A DNA stretch of 64,000 nucleotides from Arcobacteraceae bacterium (GTDB lineage: Bacteria > Campylobacterota > Campylobacteria > Campylobacterales > Arcobacteraceae): NCBI GenBank assembly GCA_048268245.1, contig JBLWVX010000009.1, forward strand, positions 11,368 through 75,367, written 5' to 3'. The notes beneath the pieces were generated by a model. It searched no databases and had not been told where the DNA came from. It worked only from the letters and a program-made list of their open reading frames with translations. Within the stretch, counting starts at the first letter, position 1, and every line of letters begins with the position of its first letter. Below are positions 1 through 13,125 of the stretch, piece after piece. Made by a program: the position numbers and the translations under genes.

Positions 1-1034
1 TAATCATCCATAATAGGAGTATTTTCATTGCCATAACCCAAGGCTTCATAATACGGCTGTTTATTAATTGGTATATAATGATATTGTAAAAAGATATTTC
101 TATTTCTTAAAAACAAAAACAACTCTTTTTTTGTTTTTTTAAATTTTTCAAAATCTATTTTCACCACATACAAATGATATGAAGAATTATTAGTATATTC
201 GTATAAAGGCTCAATATTATTTATATCTTTAAAAATTTCATCATATCTTTTTGCTAAATCTCTTCTTTTTTCTATAAAACTATCAAGTTTTTTTAATTGT
301 GACAAACCTAAAGCACATGAGATATCTGTAAGTCTATAATTATAGCCTAGTTCATTCATATCATAATGCCACGGTGCAATATCAGGTCTTGCTTTCATTC
401 CATGATTTCTTAAAGATAAAATTTTTTCATAAATTTCTTTACTATTTGTAAGTACTACTCCACCCTCACCAGTAGTCAGCTGTTTTACAGGATGAAAAGA
501 AAAAACTGAAATGTCAGAGTTTTTACATGACCCAGTCTTAATACTATCAAATTTTGCTCCTATTGAGTGAGCACAATCTTCTAATATTTTAATATTAAAT
601 CTCTCTTTTAACTCTTTTAACTTCTTTTGATCTACAGGATTACCTGAAAAATGAACTGCATAAATTGCTTTTATGGAAGGGTCTTCTTCCAAAGCTTCTT
701 CACATAAATCCAAGTCAATATTTCCATTTTTTTGTATATCTACAAAAATTGGTTTTGCATTAGCATAAAGTATAGAATTTGTAGTTGCTAAAAAAGAATT
801 TGGAGTAGTTATAACCTTATCTCCTTCTTTTAGTAAAACTAATGAAGATAAGTGTAAAGCAGCTGTTGCATTTGAAACTGCAACACAATACTTAGCTTGC
901 GTATATTTGCATAAAGCTTTTTCAAACTCTTTTACTTTTGGCCCTGTTGTTAAAAAGTCGCTTTTTAGAACTTCCACAACTGCATTTATATCATCATCGT
1001 CTATAGTTTGTTTTCCATATGGAATTATATTCAT
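1..1034 (-). CDS. pseC: UDP-4-amino-4,6-dideoxy-N-acetyl-beta-L-altrosamine transaminase PseC (runs off the left edge)
   Basis: Not in ORF track. Manual translation from ATG at 1034: MNIIPYGKQTIDDDDINAVVEVLKSDFLTTGPKV; PLP motif SFHPVKQLTTGEGG; directly downstream of pseB. Confidence 0.88.
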   Translation of the reverse strand, partial: MNIIPYGKQTIDDDDINAVVEVLKSDFLTTGPKVKEFEKALCKYTQAKYCVAVSNATAALHLSSLVLLKEGDKVITTPNSFLATTNSILYANAKPIFVDIQKNGNIDLDLCEEALEEDPSIKAIYAVHFSGNPVDQKKLKELKERFNIKILEDCAHSIGAKFDSIKTGSCKNSDISVFSFHPVKQLTTGEGGVVLTNSKEIYEKILSLRNHGMKARPDIAPWHYDMNELGYNYRLTDISCALGLSQLKKLDSFIEKRRDLAKRYDEIFKDINNIEPLYEYTNNSSYHLYVVKIDFEKFKKTKKELFLFLRNRNIFLQYHYIPINKQPYYEALGYGNENTPIMDD

Positions 1035-1035
1035 T

Positions 1036-2046
<1,011 letters not shown>

Positions 2047-2130
2047 TTAATATAGTATAATATCAAATAAATTATTAATACTCTATATTAAGAGTTTATA
2101 TGCAATAATAAACAAAAACTAGGTGTAGAT

Positions 2131-2343
2131 ATGGCTGAAAACAGTATTCCAGATAATATTATTAAAATTCAAAAAAAACTAGCTACTTTTGAAAAAGGTT
2201 CTAGAAACTACAAAAAGTACACTAAAATACTTGCAAAACATATTAAAAAACACTCTATGAAAAAAAGAGTGACTTCACATATAAAAACAATTGAAACTGT
2301 TGAGAAATTTACTGAAAAAAAGAACGAAAACATAGAAAAATAA
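2131..2343 (+). CDS. Small basic hypothetical protein
   Basis: 70-aa Lys-rich ORF with AGGTG SD-like sequence upstream, between pseB and recA. Confidence 0.6.
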   Translation: MAENSIPDNIIKIQKKLATFEKGSRNYKKYTKILAKHIKKHSMKKRVTSHIKTIETVEKFTEKKNENIEK

Positions 2344-2442
2344 AAAACATTACAATTTGCAATAAAAATATATACTTTATATTTTTTCTGCTAAAATTCC
2401 AACATATATAAAATAAATGAAATCTACACAGGATAAAAAACA

Positions 2443-3477
2443 ATGGATGATAATCAAAAAAAATCTTTAGACTTAGCAATAAAACAAATTGATAAAGCAT
2501 TTGGTAAAGGTACTTTAATTAGACTTGGGGATAAAGAAGTTATTCCAACTGAGTCTATTTCAACAGGATCTTTAGGACTTGATTTAGCACTTGGTGTTGG
2601 TGGTATTCCAAAAGGTAGAGTTGTTGAAATCTATGGACCTGAATCATCTGGTAAAACTACACTTACACTTCATGCAATTGCAGAGTGTCAAAAAGCAGGT
2701 GGAGTTTGTGCCTTTATTGATGCGGAGCATGCTTTAGATACAAAATATGCAAGAGACATTGGAGTTGATATTGACAACTTACTTGTATCTCAACCTGATT
2801 TTGGTGAGCAAGCTTTAGAGATTTTAGAAACTGTTATTAGATCAGGAGCTGTTGATTTAGTTGTAGTTGACTCAGTTGCAGCACTTACTCCAAAAGTTGA
2901 GATTGATGGTGATATGGATGACCAACAAGTTGGTGTACAAGCAAGATTAATGTCAAAAGCTTTAAGAAAAATTACTGGTTTATTAAACAAAATGAACTGT
3001 ACTGTAATTTTTATTAACCAAATAAGAATGAAAATTGGTATGACAGGCTATGGAAGCCCAGAAACTACAACTGGTGGAAATGCTCTTAAATTCTATTCAT
3101 CTGTAAGATTAGATATTAGAAGAATTGCTACACTTAAACAAGCTGAAAATTCAATTGGTAATAGAGTAAAAGTAAAAGTTGTTAAAAATAAAGTAGCAGC
3201 ACCATTTAAACAAGCAGAGTTTGATATTATGTTTGGTGAAGGTATTTCAAAAACTGGAGAACTTATTGATTATGGTGTGAAACTTGATATTGTAGATAAA
3301 GCCGGAGCTTGGTTCTCTTATGGTGATTCTAAAATAGGTCAAGGAAAAGAAAACTCTAAAATCTTCTTAAAAGATAATCCTGAAATTGCAAATGAAATTG
3401 AAAAGAAAATTCTTGATGCAATGGGTGTAAATGATGAAATCATCCAAGGTGAAGTAGAAGAAGATACAGAAGAGTAG
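2443..3477 (+). CDS. recA: Recombinase RecA
   Basis: GPESSGKTT Walker [24 protein letters not shown]. Confidence 0.99.
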   Translation: MDDNQKKSLDLAIKQIDKAFGKGTLIRLGDKEVIPTESISTGSLGLDLALGVGGIPKGRVVEIYGPESSGKTTLTLHAIAECQKAGGVCAFIDAEHALDTKYARDIGVDIDNLLVSQPDFGEQALEILETVIRSGAVDLVVVDSVAALTPKVEIDGDMDDQQVGVQARLMSKALRKITGLLNKMNCTVIFINQIRMKIGMTGYGSPETTTGGNALKFYSSVRLDIRRIATLKQAENSIGNRVKVKVVKNKVAAPFKQAEFDIMFGEGISKTGELIDYGVKLDIVDKAGAWFSYGDSKIGQGKENSKIFLKDNPEIANEIEKKILDAMGVNDEIIQGEVEEDTEE

Positions 3478-3495
3478 AAAAAACTACTTATATAG

Positions 3496-3529
3496 AAAAG
3501 GGGAAGAATATAATTCTTCCCCTTTTTTT
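3496..3529 (+). terminator. Intrinsic terminator after recA
   Basis: AAAAGGGGAAGAAT-ATA-ATTCTTCCCCTTTT followed by T run. Confidence 0.85.
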
Positions 3530-3609
3530 ATACCTATAAATTTGTAAAAGCAAAGAAAAATTTAATTTTAGCTATAATGTAGCAAATTATATGAATATAG
3601 GAGACCTAA

Positions 3610-4884
<1,275 letters not shown>

Positions 4885-4902
4885 TTAGATATTTAGTAGT
4901 TT

Positions 4903-5145
4903 ATGAAAAAAAAGCAACGTGGACTAAAAAAGTTTTTTATAATTGTAATTATTTCAGTAATAATTACAATCTTTTTAAGTTACCATGTTGCAAATATTCT
5001 TTTTGGAGATAATTCTTTAAAGGTTTATAATTCTTTAAAACATAAAAGAGATTATCTTCAAAATGAAATAAAAAGATTGCAAAAAGAGAATGCATATTTA
5101 CAAAAAGAGTATTTTGAATTAAAAAACTTGGAGCCAGAACAATGA
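4903..5145 (+). CDS. Septum formation initiator family (FtsB/DivIC-like) protein
   Basis: Single N-terminal TM helix then coiled coil; typical position after eno. Confidence 0.7.
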   Translation: MKKKQRGLKKFFIIVIISVIITIFLSYHVANILFGDNSLKVYNSLKHKRDYLQNEIKRLQKENAYLQKEYFELKNLEPEQ

Positions 5146-5894
5146 AAACTTTATCTTTATTTACATCAGCGCTTATTTTAGCTGTAAGCTTAGAAGCAAG
5201 AGAAAATCCATTTGATACTACAGCTGCATACGAAGAAGAAGCAGCAAGAATTATAGAGCTTAATGAAGAGAGCTTATATAACCCGAGTGAAGAAGATTAT
5301 GCTCAAAGAATGCAAGAAAAACTTGCAGTTGAAGGTGAAAATAAAAATGAAGTTGAGAAACAAATAGAAAAAATTGTTCCTATGATGCAAGAAAAAACAA
5401 AGCAAGAACATAAATACTCAAAAGATGAAGTAGAAAAACTTATCAAAAAAGCTCAAAAACAAACTGAATACAAAACAAAAAAACTAATAGAAAAAAAGCT
5501 TGAAGAAACAAAGAAAATTGAACCTAAACAAGTAGTATTTGTAAAACCTAGACCTGATGTAATAATTGAAAATACGACAAAAGAACTTCAAATTCTTCCT
5601 TTTGTAAAACTTGAATACTCAGATAGTGAACTAATGATTCATACTGACTATAAAGTATCTAAAAAATTTAGTATAAACAAAGAGAACAAACTAATTATTG
5701 ATTATAAAGCAAATGTAAACTTTTATACAAAAAGAGAAAACTTAGATTCAAAAAACTTCAAAAAGATTACAATTGGGAATCATAAAAAAAATGGATTCTT
5801 TAGAGTTGTAGTAGAACTTGATAAAAACCCATCTTCTTACAAAGTTGATTATAAAAACAACTTAATTACGATCTTTAATAGTGATGAAATGTGA
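5142..5894 (+). CDS. AMIN-domain periplasmic protein
   Basis: Signal peptide, ARENPF motif, C-terminal KLIIDY...GNHKKNGFFRVVVELD AMIN-like segment; Campylobacterota recA-eno cluster. Confidence 0.75.
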   Translation: MKTLSLFTSALILAVSLEARENPFDTTAAYEEEAARIIELNEESLYNPSEEDYAQRMQEKLAVEGENKNEVEKQIEKIVPMMQEKTKQEHKYSKDEVEKLIKKAQKQTEYKTKKLIEKKLEETKKIEPKQVVFVKPRPDVIIENTTKELQILPFVKLEYSDSELMIHTDYKVSKKFSINKENKLIIDYKANVNFYTKRENLDSKNFKKITIGNHKKNGFFRVVVELDKNPSSYKVDYKNNLITIFNSDEM

Positions 5895-7022
5895 TAGTAT
5901 TCTAATTAATACCATCACTATTAATACTTCTAAAATAGCTGCTAAAATAAACGCATAATAATACTCTTGATCAATTGAATGATTATTATAAGCCAGTGTT
6001 GTTACTGCAATTAAAAGGGTGATTGGCATTGAGTGAGAAAGACCTATCATAAAGAACTTATTCCAACCCATCTCTTTTATAAATAACATAGAAGCTATAA
6101 ATCTTATTCCAACCATTGCTGCAACTATTAATAAGGCTTTTATTAGTAAACCATCTTGTAATAAAGCTGTTAGCTCAAATGAAGCTCCAACGGAAATGAA
6201 GAAAATAGGAACTAACCAACCAAACCCAAAGTGTTCTAACTTATGAGATAATTGCTTATTATGCTTCTCAAAAAATGTTGTAATAAAAGTTCCTGCAATA
6301 AATGCTCCAAATGCAACTTTTAGATGTAATAACATCATTACAGCAATCATTAAAAAGAAAATTGCCATTGAAATTCTAATATCTTGTTCTTGATGGTCTT
6401 GCTCAGGCATCAAATAAGCTTTAATCTCAGGAAACCACCAGATAAGATTATGAAATACTTTATATATTAAAAGCATTGATAATAAGAATGCTACAAATAA
6501 AAACATTGTTCGATAGAACTCAAAGTTTATTCCAAACTCTAGTGCAGCAGAAACCGTTGTAAGTGCAAAGATTGATACTATCTCACCTATAAGCCCTACT
6601 ACTATGGATAATCTAATCCATTCAACATCCCCATACTCTTTTTTTAATGCTGCTAATAAACCAATAGATATTAAAGGTAGAATTACGATAAATATATTTC
6701 CAAGCCCTAAATATACGGATATTAATGTGGATAAAGAAAAGAGAATTACATTGTAAATAAGGGACTTTTTTAGTATAGTAGGTGATATATTAGCAAGTTT
6801 TTTTAAATCTACTTCAAGTCCAGCTAAAAACATCAAATATAAAAAACCAAGTTTAGAAGCTAAATCTAAAATGGCATGATCAGAGATAAAAGCAAAATAA
6901 GAAGCAATTGCTCCTAATATAATCTCCACAGTTACAGTAGGAAGTTTTAATAACTTCCCTATTAATGGTGAAGAAAATATAATCAACGAAATTGTTATAA
7001 TTATTAAAATCTCTTCACTCAT
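5862..7022 (-). CDS. Cation:proton antiporter (CPA2 family)
   Basis: Multiple TM helices; GFLYLMFLAGLEVD, GAFIAG, PIFFISVG motifs. Confidence 0.85.
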   Translation of the reverse strand: MSEEILIIITISLIIFSSPLIGKLLKLPTVTVEIILGAIASYFAFISDHAILDLASKLGFLYLMFLAGLEVDLKKLANISPTILKKSLIYNVILFSLSTLISVYLGLGNIFIVILPLISIGLLAALKKEYGDVEWIRLSIVVGLIGEIVSIFALTTVSAALEFGINFEFYRTMFLFVAFLLSMLLIYKVFHNLIWWFPEIKAYLMPEQDHQEQDIRISMAIFFLMIAVMMLLHLKVAFGAFIAGTFITTFFEKHNKQLSHKLEHFGFGWLVPIFFISVGASFELTALLQDGLLIKALLIVAAMVGIRFIASMLFIKEMGWNKFFMIGLSHSMPITLLIAVTTLAYNNHSIDQEYYYAFILAAILEVLIVMVLIRILSHFITIKDRN

Positions 7023-7051
7023 TAATTTAAACCTTTATATAATTACTAAAT

Positions 7052-7933
7052 CTATTTTTCGTTAGGCATTCTAACTACATGTTTTGCAATTTTATACCCT
7101 AAGGCTTCTAAAGCTGCTACATCATCTTTAGGAGTTTTACCCTCAGTAGTTAAGTAATCACCAATTACAAAAGCATTAGCACCTCTCTCAAAGATTTCAT
7201 ACTGTTGCTCACCAAACATTAACTCTCTTCCACCTGCTACCATGATTTTATGTGCATTAGGAATCATTTCTCTTGCTAATTCGATTAATTCAAAAGCTTG
7301 TTCTCTTGTAATTGAATTCTCTACAAGAGGTAATGCTTCATTTGGATGGAAGAAGTTTAAAGGTACATTCATAGGATCTAATGAAGCAATAGATTTTAAC
7401 ATAGAAATTCTATCTTCTTGAGTTTCACCCATTCCAAAAATCCCACCACATACAAGTTGTAAACCTGCTTCTTTAACATTTAAACAAGTTTGGTATCTTT
7501 CATCCCATGAGTGTGTTGTACAAATCTCTGGATAATACTCTTTTGAAGCTTCTAAGTTGTGATTGTAGTTATCAACACCAGCAGCTTTTAGCTTTTTTAA
7601 TTGTTCAACAGTTGCTGTACCATTACAAGCAATTAATCTTAATCCTAAGTTTTCTGCTTTTACAGCCTTTGCAACTTCGGCAATATATTCAGTTTTTTTA
7701 TCAGTAAGTCCTAATCCAGCTGTTACTAAACAGAACCCAACAGCTCCATTTTCTCTAGCTCTTTTAGCCTCTTCGATAATTTGCTCTACAGTTTTCATTT
7801 TATATCTTTGAATATCTGCTTTATATCTTACACTTTGTGTACAGAATTTACAGTCTTCATTACAAGTACCACTTTCTACATTACAAATTGCACATAAAAA
7901 TATTTCATCAGTCACTTTAAATTTTTCGTTCAT
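7052..7933 (-). CDS. bioB: Biotin synthase (radical SAM)
   Basis: CNEDCKFC CxxxCxxC, YNHNLE, GGIFGMGE, VPLN, AGGRE, YLTT. Confidence 0.92.
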   Translation of the reverse strand: MNEKFKVTDEIFLCAICNVESGTCNEDCKFCTQSVRYKADIQRYKMKTVEQIIEEAKRARENGAVGFCLVTAGLGLTDKKTEYIAEVAKAVKAENLGLRLIACNGTATVEQLKKLKAAGVDNYNHNLEASKEYYPEICTTHSWDERYQTCLNVKEAGLQLVCGGIFGMGETQEDRISMLKSIASLDPMNVPLNFFHPNEALPLVENSITREQAFELIELAREMIPNAHKIMVAGGRELMFGEQQYEIFERGANAFVIGDYLTTEGKTPKDDVAALEALGYKIAKHVVRMPNEK

Positions 7934-8435
7934 ATTTATACTCTTCTTTCTTAAAAAATTGTTCGTTTGTATTTTTAAAATAGTATGAGATTATATACTC
8001 ATTTTCATTAATTTCTAAAAAGACACACTCAATTAGTGGTTTTTCCCTTGCACAAACCTCCCCTGGGTTTACAAAAAGTGTCTTATTTTTATAATCATGC
8101 TCAAACATATGAGTATGTCCAAAAATAACCACATCCGTATCAGGAGTTAGATGATAAGGTAAATGCATTAGTTTAAATTTTATATCTTTTATTTTAAAGT
8201 AGTACGGCTCTTGTTTAATTCTATACTTATTTGAAAAAGAAATTAAACCCATATCATTATTACCAAAAACTGAAACATAGACTAGACCTGATTGCTCAAG
8301 AAGTTTTAGGTTTTCTTCCACACATAAGTCTCCTGCATGGATTAAATATTGACTTCCTTTTTCTTTTAAAAAGTCAATTACTTCTTTTGTATAGCCCACC
8401 TGATGGTGGCTATCTGATAAAATTCCTATTTTCAT
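7917..8435 (-). CDS. YfcE-family metallophosphoesterase
   Basis: SDSH, HAGD, GNND, FGHTH, NPG motifs. Confidence 0.9.
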   Translation of the reverse strand: MKIGILSDSHHQVGYTKEVIDFLKEKGSQYLIHAGDLCVEENLKLLEQSGLVYVSVFGNNDMGLISFSNKYRIKQEPYYFKIKDIKFKLMHLPYHLTPDTDVVIFGHTHMFEHDYKNKTLFVNPGEVCAREKPLIECVFLEINENEYIISYYFKNTNEQFFKKEEYKYERKI

Positions 8436-10804
8436 TAGCTTTTAGAAGGGCTCTTTTTTGCTGTCGTTTTTTTAGTTGTAGTCTTTTTTGTTGTTGTTTT
8501 CTTAGCTGTTGTCTTTTTTGCAGTAGCTTTTTTCGCTGTTGTTTTAGACTTTGGATCTTTTGCAATTATCTCTTGACACTCTTCTAATGTTAAATTTTCT
8601 GCAACTTTTCCTTTTGGTATTTTAAAGTTTTTTCTACCTTGTTTGATATATGCCCCATATCTTCCATTTAAGATTTGAATCTTTTCTTCTGCAAACTCTT
8701 TTATTGTAGCTTTTGCTTTTGCTTCATCAAGCTCTTTGATTACCTCTTTAGCTCTTGCTTCTTCAATAGTATATGGATCATCAGTTTTTAATGAATAATA
8801 TTTACTTTTTACTTGTAAATACGGCCCAAATCTTCCAATGTTTGCTTTGATATCTTCCCCATCTTCTGTTTGTCCAACAACTCTTGGTAAAGTAAATAAA
8901 AATAGTGCTTCTTCAAGTGTAATTGTATCCATATTTAAATGATCAGGAATTGCAACAAACTTTGGTTTTTCCTCATCATCTTTAGTACCAATTTGAACAA
9001 AAGGTCCATATCTTCCAACTCTAGCACTAATTGGCTTACCAGACTCTGGGTCTGTTCCAATCTCTCTTACTTGAAGATAATCTTCTTTATTAACACTCTC
9101 TTCTTTTTCAACAATTGTTTTTTTGAAATTTCCATAAAAGTCAGTCATCACTTGTTCCCAAGCTATTTTACCCTCTGCAATTTCATCAAACTCTTCTTCT
9201 ATTTTAGCTGTAAACCCTAAGTCAACAATATCTGAAAAATGATCATTTAAAAATGAGTTTACAATCTCTCCTGTTGGAGTTGGTGCTAATTTTTTATCTT
9301 CTGTTTTTACAACATATTCTCTTTGTTGTATTGTTGAAATAGTAGGAGCATAAGTTGATGGCCTTCCTATTCCTTCACTCTCTAATTTTTTAACTAGTGA
9401 TGCTTCTGTATATCTTGCAGGTGGCTTTGTAAATAACTGTTCTAACTCTAATTTTGAAAGATTTAAAACTGTACCTTTTTTGATTGTTGGAAGAATTTTT
9501 TCACTACTATCAAGTGCAGATTCAGGATTATCACTTCCTTCTGTATATGCTTTCATAAAACCTGGGAATACTATTCTTTGTCCCTTTGTTTGGAACTCAT
9601 ATTCACCATCTTTTCCAGCTTGGATTTTATATGTAGTATTTGCAATTTGAGCCGGTGCCATTTGAGTAGCAAGTGTTCTTTTCCAAATTAAACTATAAAG
9701 TTTATATTGAGAAGCCTCTACATAAGGTTTTATATCACTTGGTTTTAAGCTTAGATTTACAGGTCTAATAGCTTCGTGAGCCTCTTGTGCTCCTTTTGCC
9801 TTAGATTTATAAACTCTAGGCTTACTTAATGAATAGTCTTTTCCATATTCAGCTTCAATTACTTCTTTTGCAGCACTTGTTGCAACTTTAGAAAGGTTTA
9901 GTGAGTCAGTTCTCATATAAGTGATTAAACCACCTGAATGATCTGGAATGTTTCCTACATTACCTTCATATAACTGCTGTGCAATAATCATTGTTTGCTT
10001 TACAGAATATCCAAGCTTTCTACTGGCTTCTTGCTGTAAAGTAGATGTTGTAAATGGAGCTGCTGGGTTTCTTTTTGAGTCTTTTTCCTCAATATCAACT
10101 AATGTGAAATTTCCAAGTTTTAAAGAAGCTTCTATTGCTTTAGCTTGGGCTTCATTTGTTACTTTTACATTTTTACCATTCTCTTTAGCTAATTCTGATT
10201 TTAAAGATGGATCTATAAACTCAGATTTAATTTTCCAATATTCTTCTGGTTTAAACTCTCTAATTTCATTTTCTCTATCAACTATGATTTTAACTGCAAC
10301 AGATTGAACCCTTCCTGCACTTAAACCATATCTTACTTTTTTCCATAATAATGGTGAAAGTTCATAACCAACAGCTCTATCTAAAATTCTTCTTGCTTGT
10401 TGGGCATCAACTAAATTTTGGTCAACATCTCTTGGGTTTTCTAATGCTTTTATTATTGCATCTTTAGTGATTTCGTGAAATACAATTCTTTTAATAGGGT
10501 TTTTTTCAATTTTTAGTGCGGGGATTAAGTGCCATGCAATAGCCTCTCCCTCTCTATCCTCATCGGCCGCTAGATAGATTGTTGTATCTTTAGTAATCTC
10601 TTTTTTTAAATCGCTTATTACTTTCTTTTTATCAGTTGATACTAAATACTTTGGCTTAAAATTATCTTCTGGGTCAAACCCTAATTTTGATTTTGGTAAA
10701 TCTCTTACATGACCCATAGAAGCCATTACCTTAAAATCTTTACCTAAAAATTTTGATATTGTCTTTGCTTTGGCTGGAGACTCCACTATTACTAAATTCT
10801 TCAC
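8435..10804 (-). CDS. topA: DNA topoisomerase I
   Basis: IVESPAKAKTI, DxDREGE, SAGRVQS, ITYMRTDS, EAHEAIRP; Lys-rich C-terminal tail. Confidence 0.98.
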   Translation of the reverse strand: MKNLVIVESPAKAKTISKFLGKDFKVMASMGHVRDLPKSKLGFDPEDNFKPKYLVSTDKKKVISDLKKEITKDTTIYLAADEDREGEAIAWHLIPALKIEKNPIKRIVFHEITKDAIIKALENPRDVDQNLVDAQQARRILDRAVGYELSPLLWKKVRYGLSAGRVQSVAVKIIVDRENEIREFKPEEYWKIKSEFIDPSLKSELAKENGKNVKVTNEAQAKAIEASLKLGNFTLVDIEEKDSKRNPAAPFTTSTLQQEASRKLGYSVKQTMIIAQQLYEGNVGNIPDHSGGLITYMRTDSLNLSKVATSAAKEVIEAEYGKDYSLSKPRVYKSKAKGAQEAHEAIRPVNLSLKPSDIKPYVEASQYKLYSLIWKRTLATQMAPAQIANTTYKIQAGKDGEYEFQTKGQRIVFPGFMKAYTEGSDNPESALDSSEKILPTIKKGTVLNLSKLELEQLFTKPPARYTEASLVKKLESEGIGRPSTYAPTISTIQQREYVVKTEDKKLAPTPTGEIVNSFLNDHFSDIVDLGFTAKIEEEFDEIAEGKIAWEQVMTDFYGNFKKTIVEKEESVNKEDYLQVREIGTDPESGKPISARVGRYGPFVQIGTKDDEEKPKFVAIPDHLNMDTITLEEALFLFTLPRVVGQTEDGEDIKANIGRFGPYLQVKSKYYSLKTDDPYTIEEARAKEVIKELDEAKAKATIKEFAEEKIQILNGRYGAYIKQGRKNFKIPKGKVAENLTLEECQEIIAKDPKSKTTAKKATAKKTTAKKTTTKKTTTKKTTAKKSPSKS
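8438..8551 (-). repeat. Degenerate 15-bp coding repeat encoding TopA KKTTA/KKTTT pentapeptides
   Basis: Translation KSKTTAKKATAKKTTAKKTTTKKTTTKKTTAKKSPSKS. Confidence 0.8.
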
Positions 10805-10863
10805 TAAAAAACCTCATTTCACTTTTTAAATTCGTGCATTCTAACATAAATTAATTAATATTT

Positions 10864-11643
10864 TTAATAAACTATAATCTCTTTTTTAATATCTATATTA
10901 AACTGCTCTTTTATCTTATCTTGGGCTAAACTAATCATATAAATAGCCTCTTCATATGTTCCACCGCCATAATTCACTAAAAAGTTAGCGTGTTCTTGGG
11001 AAAATCCCATGCCACCTTTTTTAAAACCTTTTAGTCCAACTGCTTCTATTAATCTTCCTGCATAATCATCTTTCGGATTTTTAAAACAAGAACCTGCACT
11101 TGGCAATTGTGGCTGATTATCTCTCATCTTCTTAAATTTCTCGGCCATTTTCTTAGAATAGCCATATTCAATATTAAATACTACCTCATAAACAATAGTA
11201 TCAATTTTTGTATTTCTATAAGAGTATTCTATATTCTCTTTTTTAATATAACCTTTATTTGTCTTAATTGAATGAATATAATTGAAAATTTCCCATTCTT
11301 TTAATCCAGCATTCATTTTTACAAGACCACCAAGACAACCTGGAAGTTTTCCTAAAAACTCTAAATTTGCTAGGTTATTTCTTTTTGCATAAGATAAAAG
11401 CTTTCCTGATTTAGTAGCACATCCAACATATAAAAGTCCATCTTTTTGCTCAATATACTCAAATGCCTCACCTAAAACAGCAAATTTTGGTGGATTATTT
11501 GATATTAATGTATTATTAGCACGTCCTAGTATTTGGTAGTCCGGATACTCACCTATTTCATTTATTACTAAAACCTCACAAGTTGGTCCTATATGTAAAG
11601 ATGAGTATTTACTAAAATCTATTTGTTTAAAATAATTTTCCAC
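10864..11643 (-). CDS. murB: UDP-N-acetylenolpyruvoylglucosamine reductase MurB
   Basis: PGCLGGLVKMNAG, YSYR, QP..PSAGSCFKNP, HANFLVN. Confidence 0.95.
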   Translation of the reverse strand: MENYFKQIDFSKYSSLHIGPTCEVLVINEIGEYPDYQILGRANNTLISNNPPKFAVLGEAFEYIEQKDGLLYVGCATKSGKLLSYAKRNNLANLEFLGKLPGCLGGLVKMNAGLKEWEIFNYIHSIKTNKGYIKKENIEYSYRNTKIDTIVYEVVFNIEYGYSKKMAEKFKKMRDNQPQLPSAGSCFKNPKDDYAGRLIEAVGLKGFKKGGMGFSQEHANFLVNYGGGTYEEAIYMISLAQDKIKEQFNIDIKKEIIVY

Positions 11644-11654
11644 TTATACCTTTA

Positions 11655-12518
11655 CTATCTTGCTCTTAACTCTTCATAATCATCAGGAATCAAATAATCT
11701 CCAGCTTTTATAAGGCTCTCATAAAAACCATGCTTATAACCCAATTCATATAGTTTATCTAAAGCTTTGTATTGAATATCACTTAATTTAACTGAATTAT
11801 CATTTGCGTATAAATCTAAATAGTTATCTAAAGTATCAGCATCTACTCTAATAAGACCTTTTTCAAGTAACATAGGAGCTAAAACTTTTCTATTTTTATT
11901 TGCAACATCAACTGCTTTGATTAAAGTTTTTTCATAATCAATAGCATTGTGTAAAGGAAGTGATCTTCTTAAACACATTCCACCAAGTGGTAGTGGTAAA
12001 TCTCCACCACTTAACTCAACCCAAACATCCCACATCTCTTTTTCTACTTCTAGGGCATCATCATAAGTTAAAATTGATTCATGAATTAATACACCAGCAT
12101 CAACTTCTCCATCAATTACAGCTTTTTCAATATCTAGGAAGTTCATATAAGTAATTCTTGCATCAGGATAAGCTATTTTAAATAAAAGTGCATTAGTTGT
12201 AAACTCTCCACTAAGTGCTACTTTAAAATTTCTTTTAAGCTTAGTACCTTTTCTTTTCATAAGTTTAGGCCCATAACCCTCACCAAATGATACTGCTGTT
12301 TTTAATAGTGCATAATCATTTTTCACAAATGGATATAAAGCAAAAGAGATTGCACAAATATCATACTGACCTTTTAATGTAGCTTTATTTAGTGTCTCAA
12401 TATCATCTGCAATATTTTCAAATACAGCATCTTTTGGAGTAACCCAACCAAATTTTATTGCATAATACATAAAAATATCATCAGCGTCCGGTGAATGTGC
12501 AACAGTAATTTTTTTCAA
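11655..12518 (-). CDS. mqnD: Futalosine-pathway menaquinone biosynthesis protein, MqnD family
   Basis: AHSPDADDIF, DIETLN, GYGP, TTNALL, IHE, LPLPLGG. Confidence 0.85.
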   Translation of the reverse strand: MKKITVAHSPDADDIFMYYAIKFGWVTPKDAVFENIADDIETLNKATLKGQYDICAISFALYPFVKNDYALLKTAVSFGEGYGPKLMKRKGTKLKRNFKVALSGEFTTNALLFKIAYPDARITYMNFLDIEKAVIDGEVDAGVLIHESILTYDDALEVEKEMWDVWVELSGGDLPLPLGGMCLRRSLPLHNAIDYEKTLIKAVDVANKNRKVLAPMLLEKGLIRVDADTLDNYLDLYANDNSVKLSDIQYKALDKLYELGYKHGFYESLIKAGDYLIPDDYEELRAR

Positions 12519-12584
12519 AATCTTTCCTTATGATTAATTAATTGGATTTTAGCAAGTTATGGTTTATCTTTTGGTTATATTAAC

Positions 12585-13070
12585 TTAAAGTCTGTATTCA
12601 AGCTTAAGTTTTTTGATAATTTTAAAAATACTATTTGCATACTTAAAACCTGTTTTACTCTCATATCTCCAACCAGTATTATATGAAGCCCATGTTTTTG
12701 CCCAGTTATTATTATGGACTTTTCTCCAATATTCAAGCTCTATTATTGCATTTGCTGTTGCAAAAGAAACATCATTTATAAGTTTATTAGCAAAAAACTC
12801 TCTATTTTCTTTAGTATCTTTTACTTTCTGTCTTGATATTATAGTTTTGATATTTGCTTGAAAAAGTCCATAATCTTTTGTTTTATGATTTACTACAAAC
12901 TTCCCAAGATTAGACTCTTTTATGGCTATTGCCATAAGTGAATAAGATAACATTTCATCATCACTTAGTGATTTTATTTTTTTTAGAATATCTAAGTCCT
13001 TATTATCAAGATTTAAACTATTTGAAAAAAGAAATGTTGAAAAAAGTAGTAAATAAAAAAAAGCTTTCAT
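12585..13070 (-). CDS. Secreted lytic transglycosylase (SLT-domain) protein
   Basis: Signal peptide; AIAIKES, YGLFQ, ASYNTG motifs. Confidence 0.78.
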   Translation of the reverse strand: MKAFFYLLLFSTFLFSNSLNLDNKDLDILKKIKSLSDDEMLSYSLMAIAIKESNLGKFVVNHKTKDYGLFQANIKTIISRQKVKDTKENREFFANKLINDVSFATANAIIELEYWRKVHNNNWAKTWASYNTGWRYESKTGFKYANSIFKIIKKLKLEYRL

Positions 13071-13090
13071 AAATTGATTCTACTATATTC

Positions 13091-13117
13091 CTAGCCATTT
13101 AAATATTAAATGGCTAG
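13091..13117 (-). terminator. Hairpin downstream of nuoN (likely terminator)
   Basis: CTAGCCATTTAA-ATA-TTAAATGGCTAG perfect 12-bp stem, 8 bp past the nuoN stop. Confidence 0.7.
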
Positions 13118-13125
13118 ATTATATA

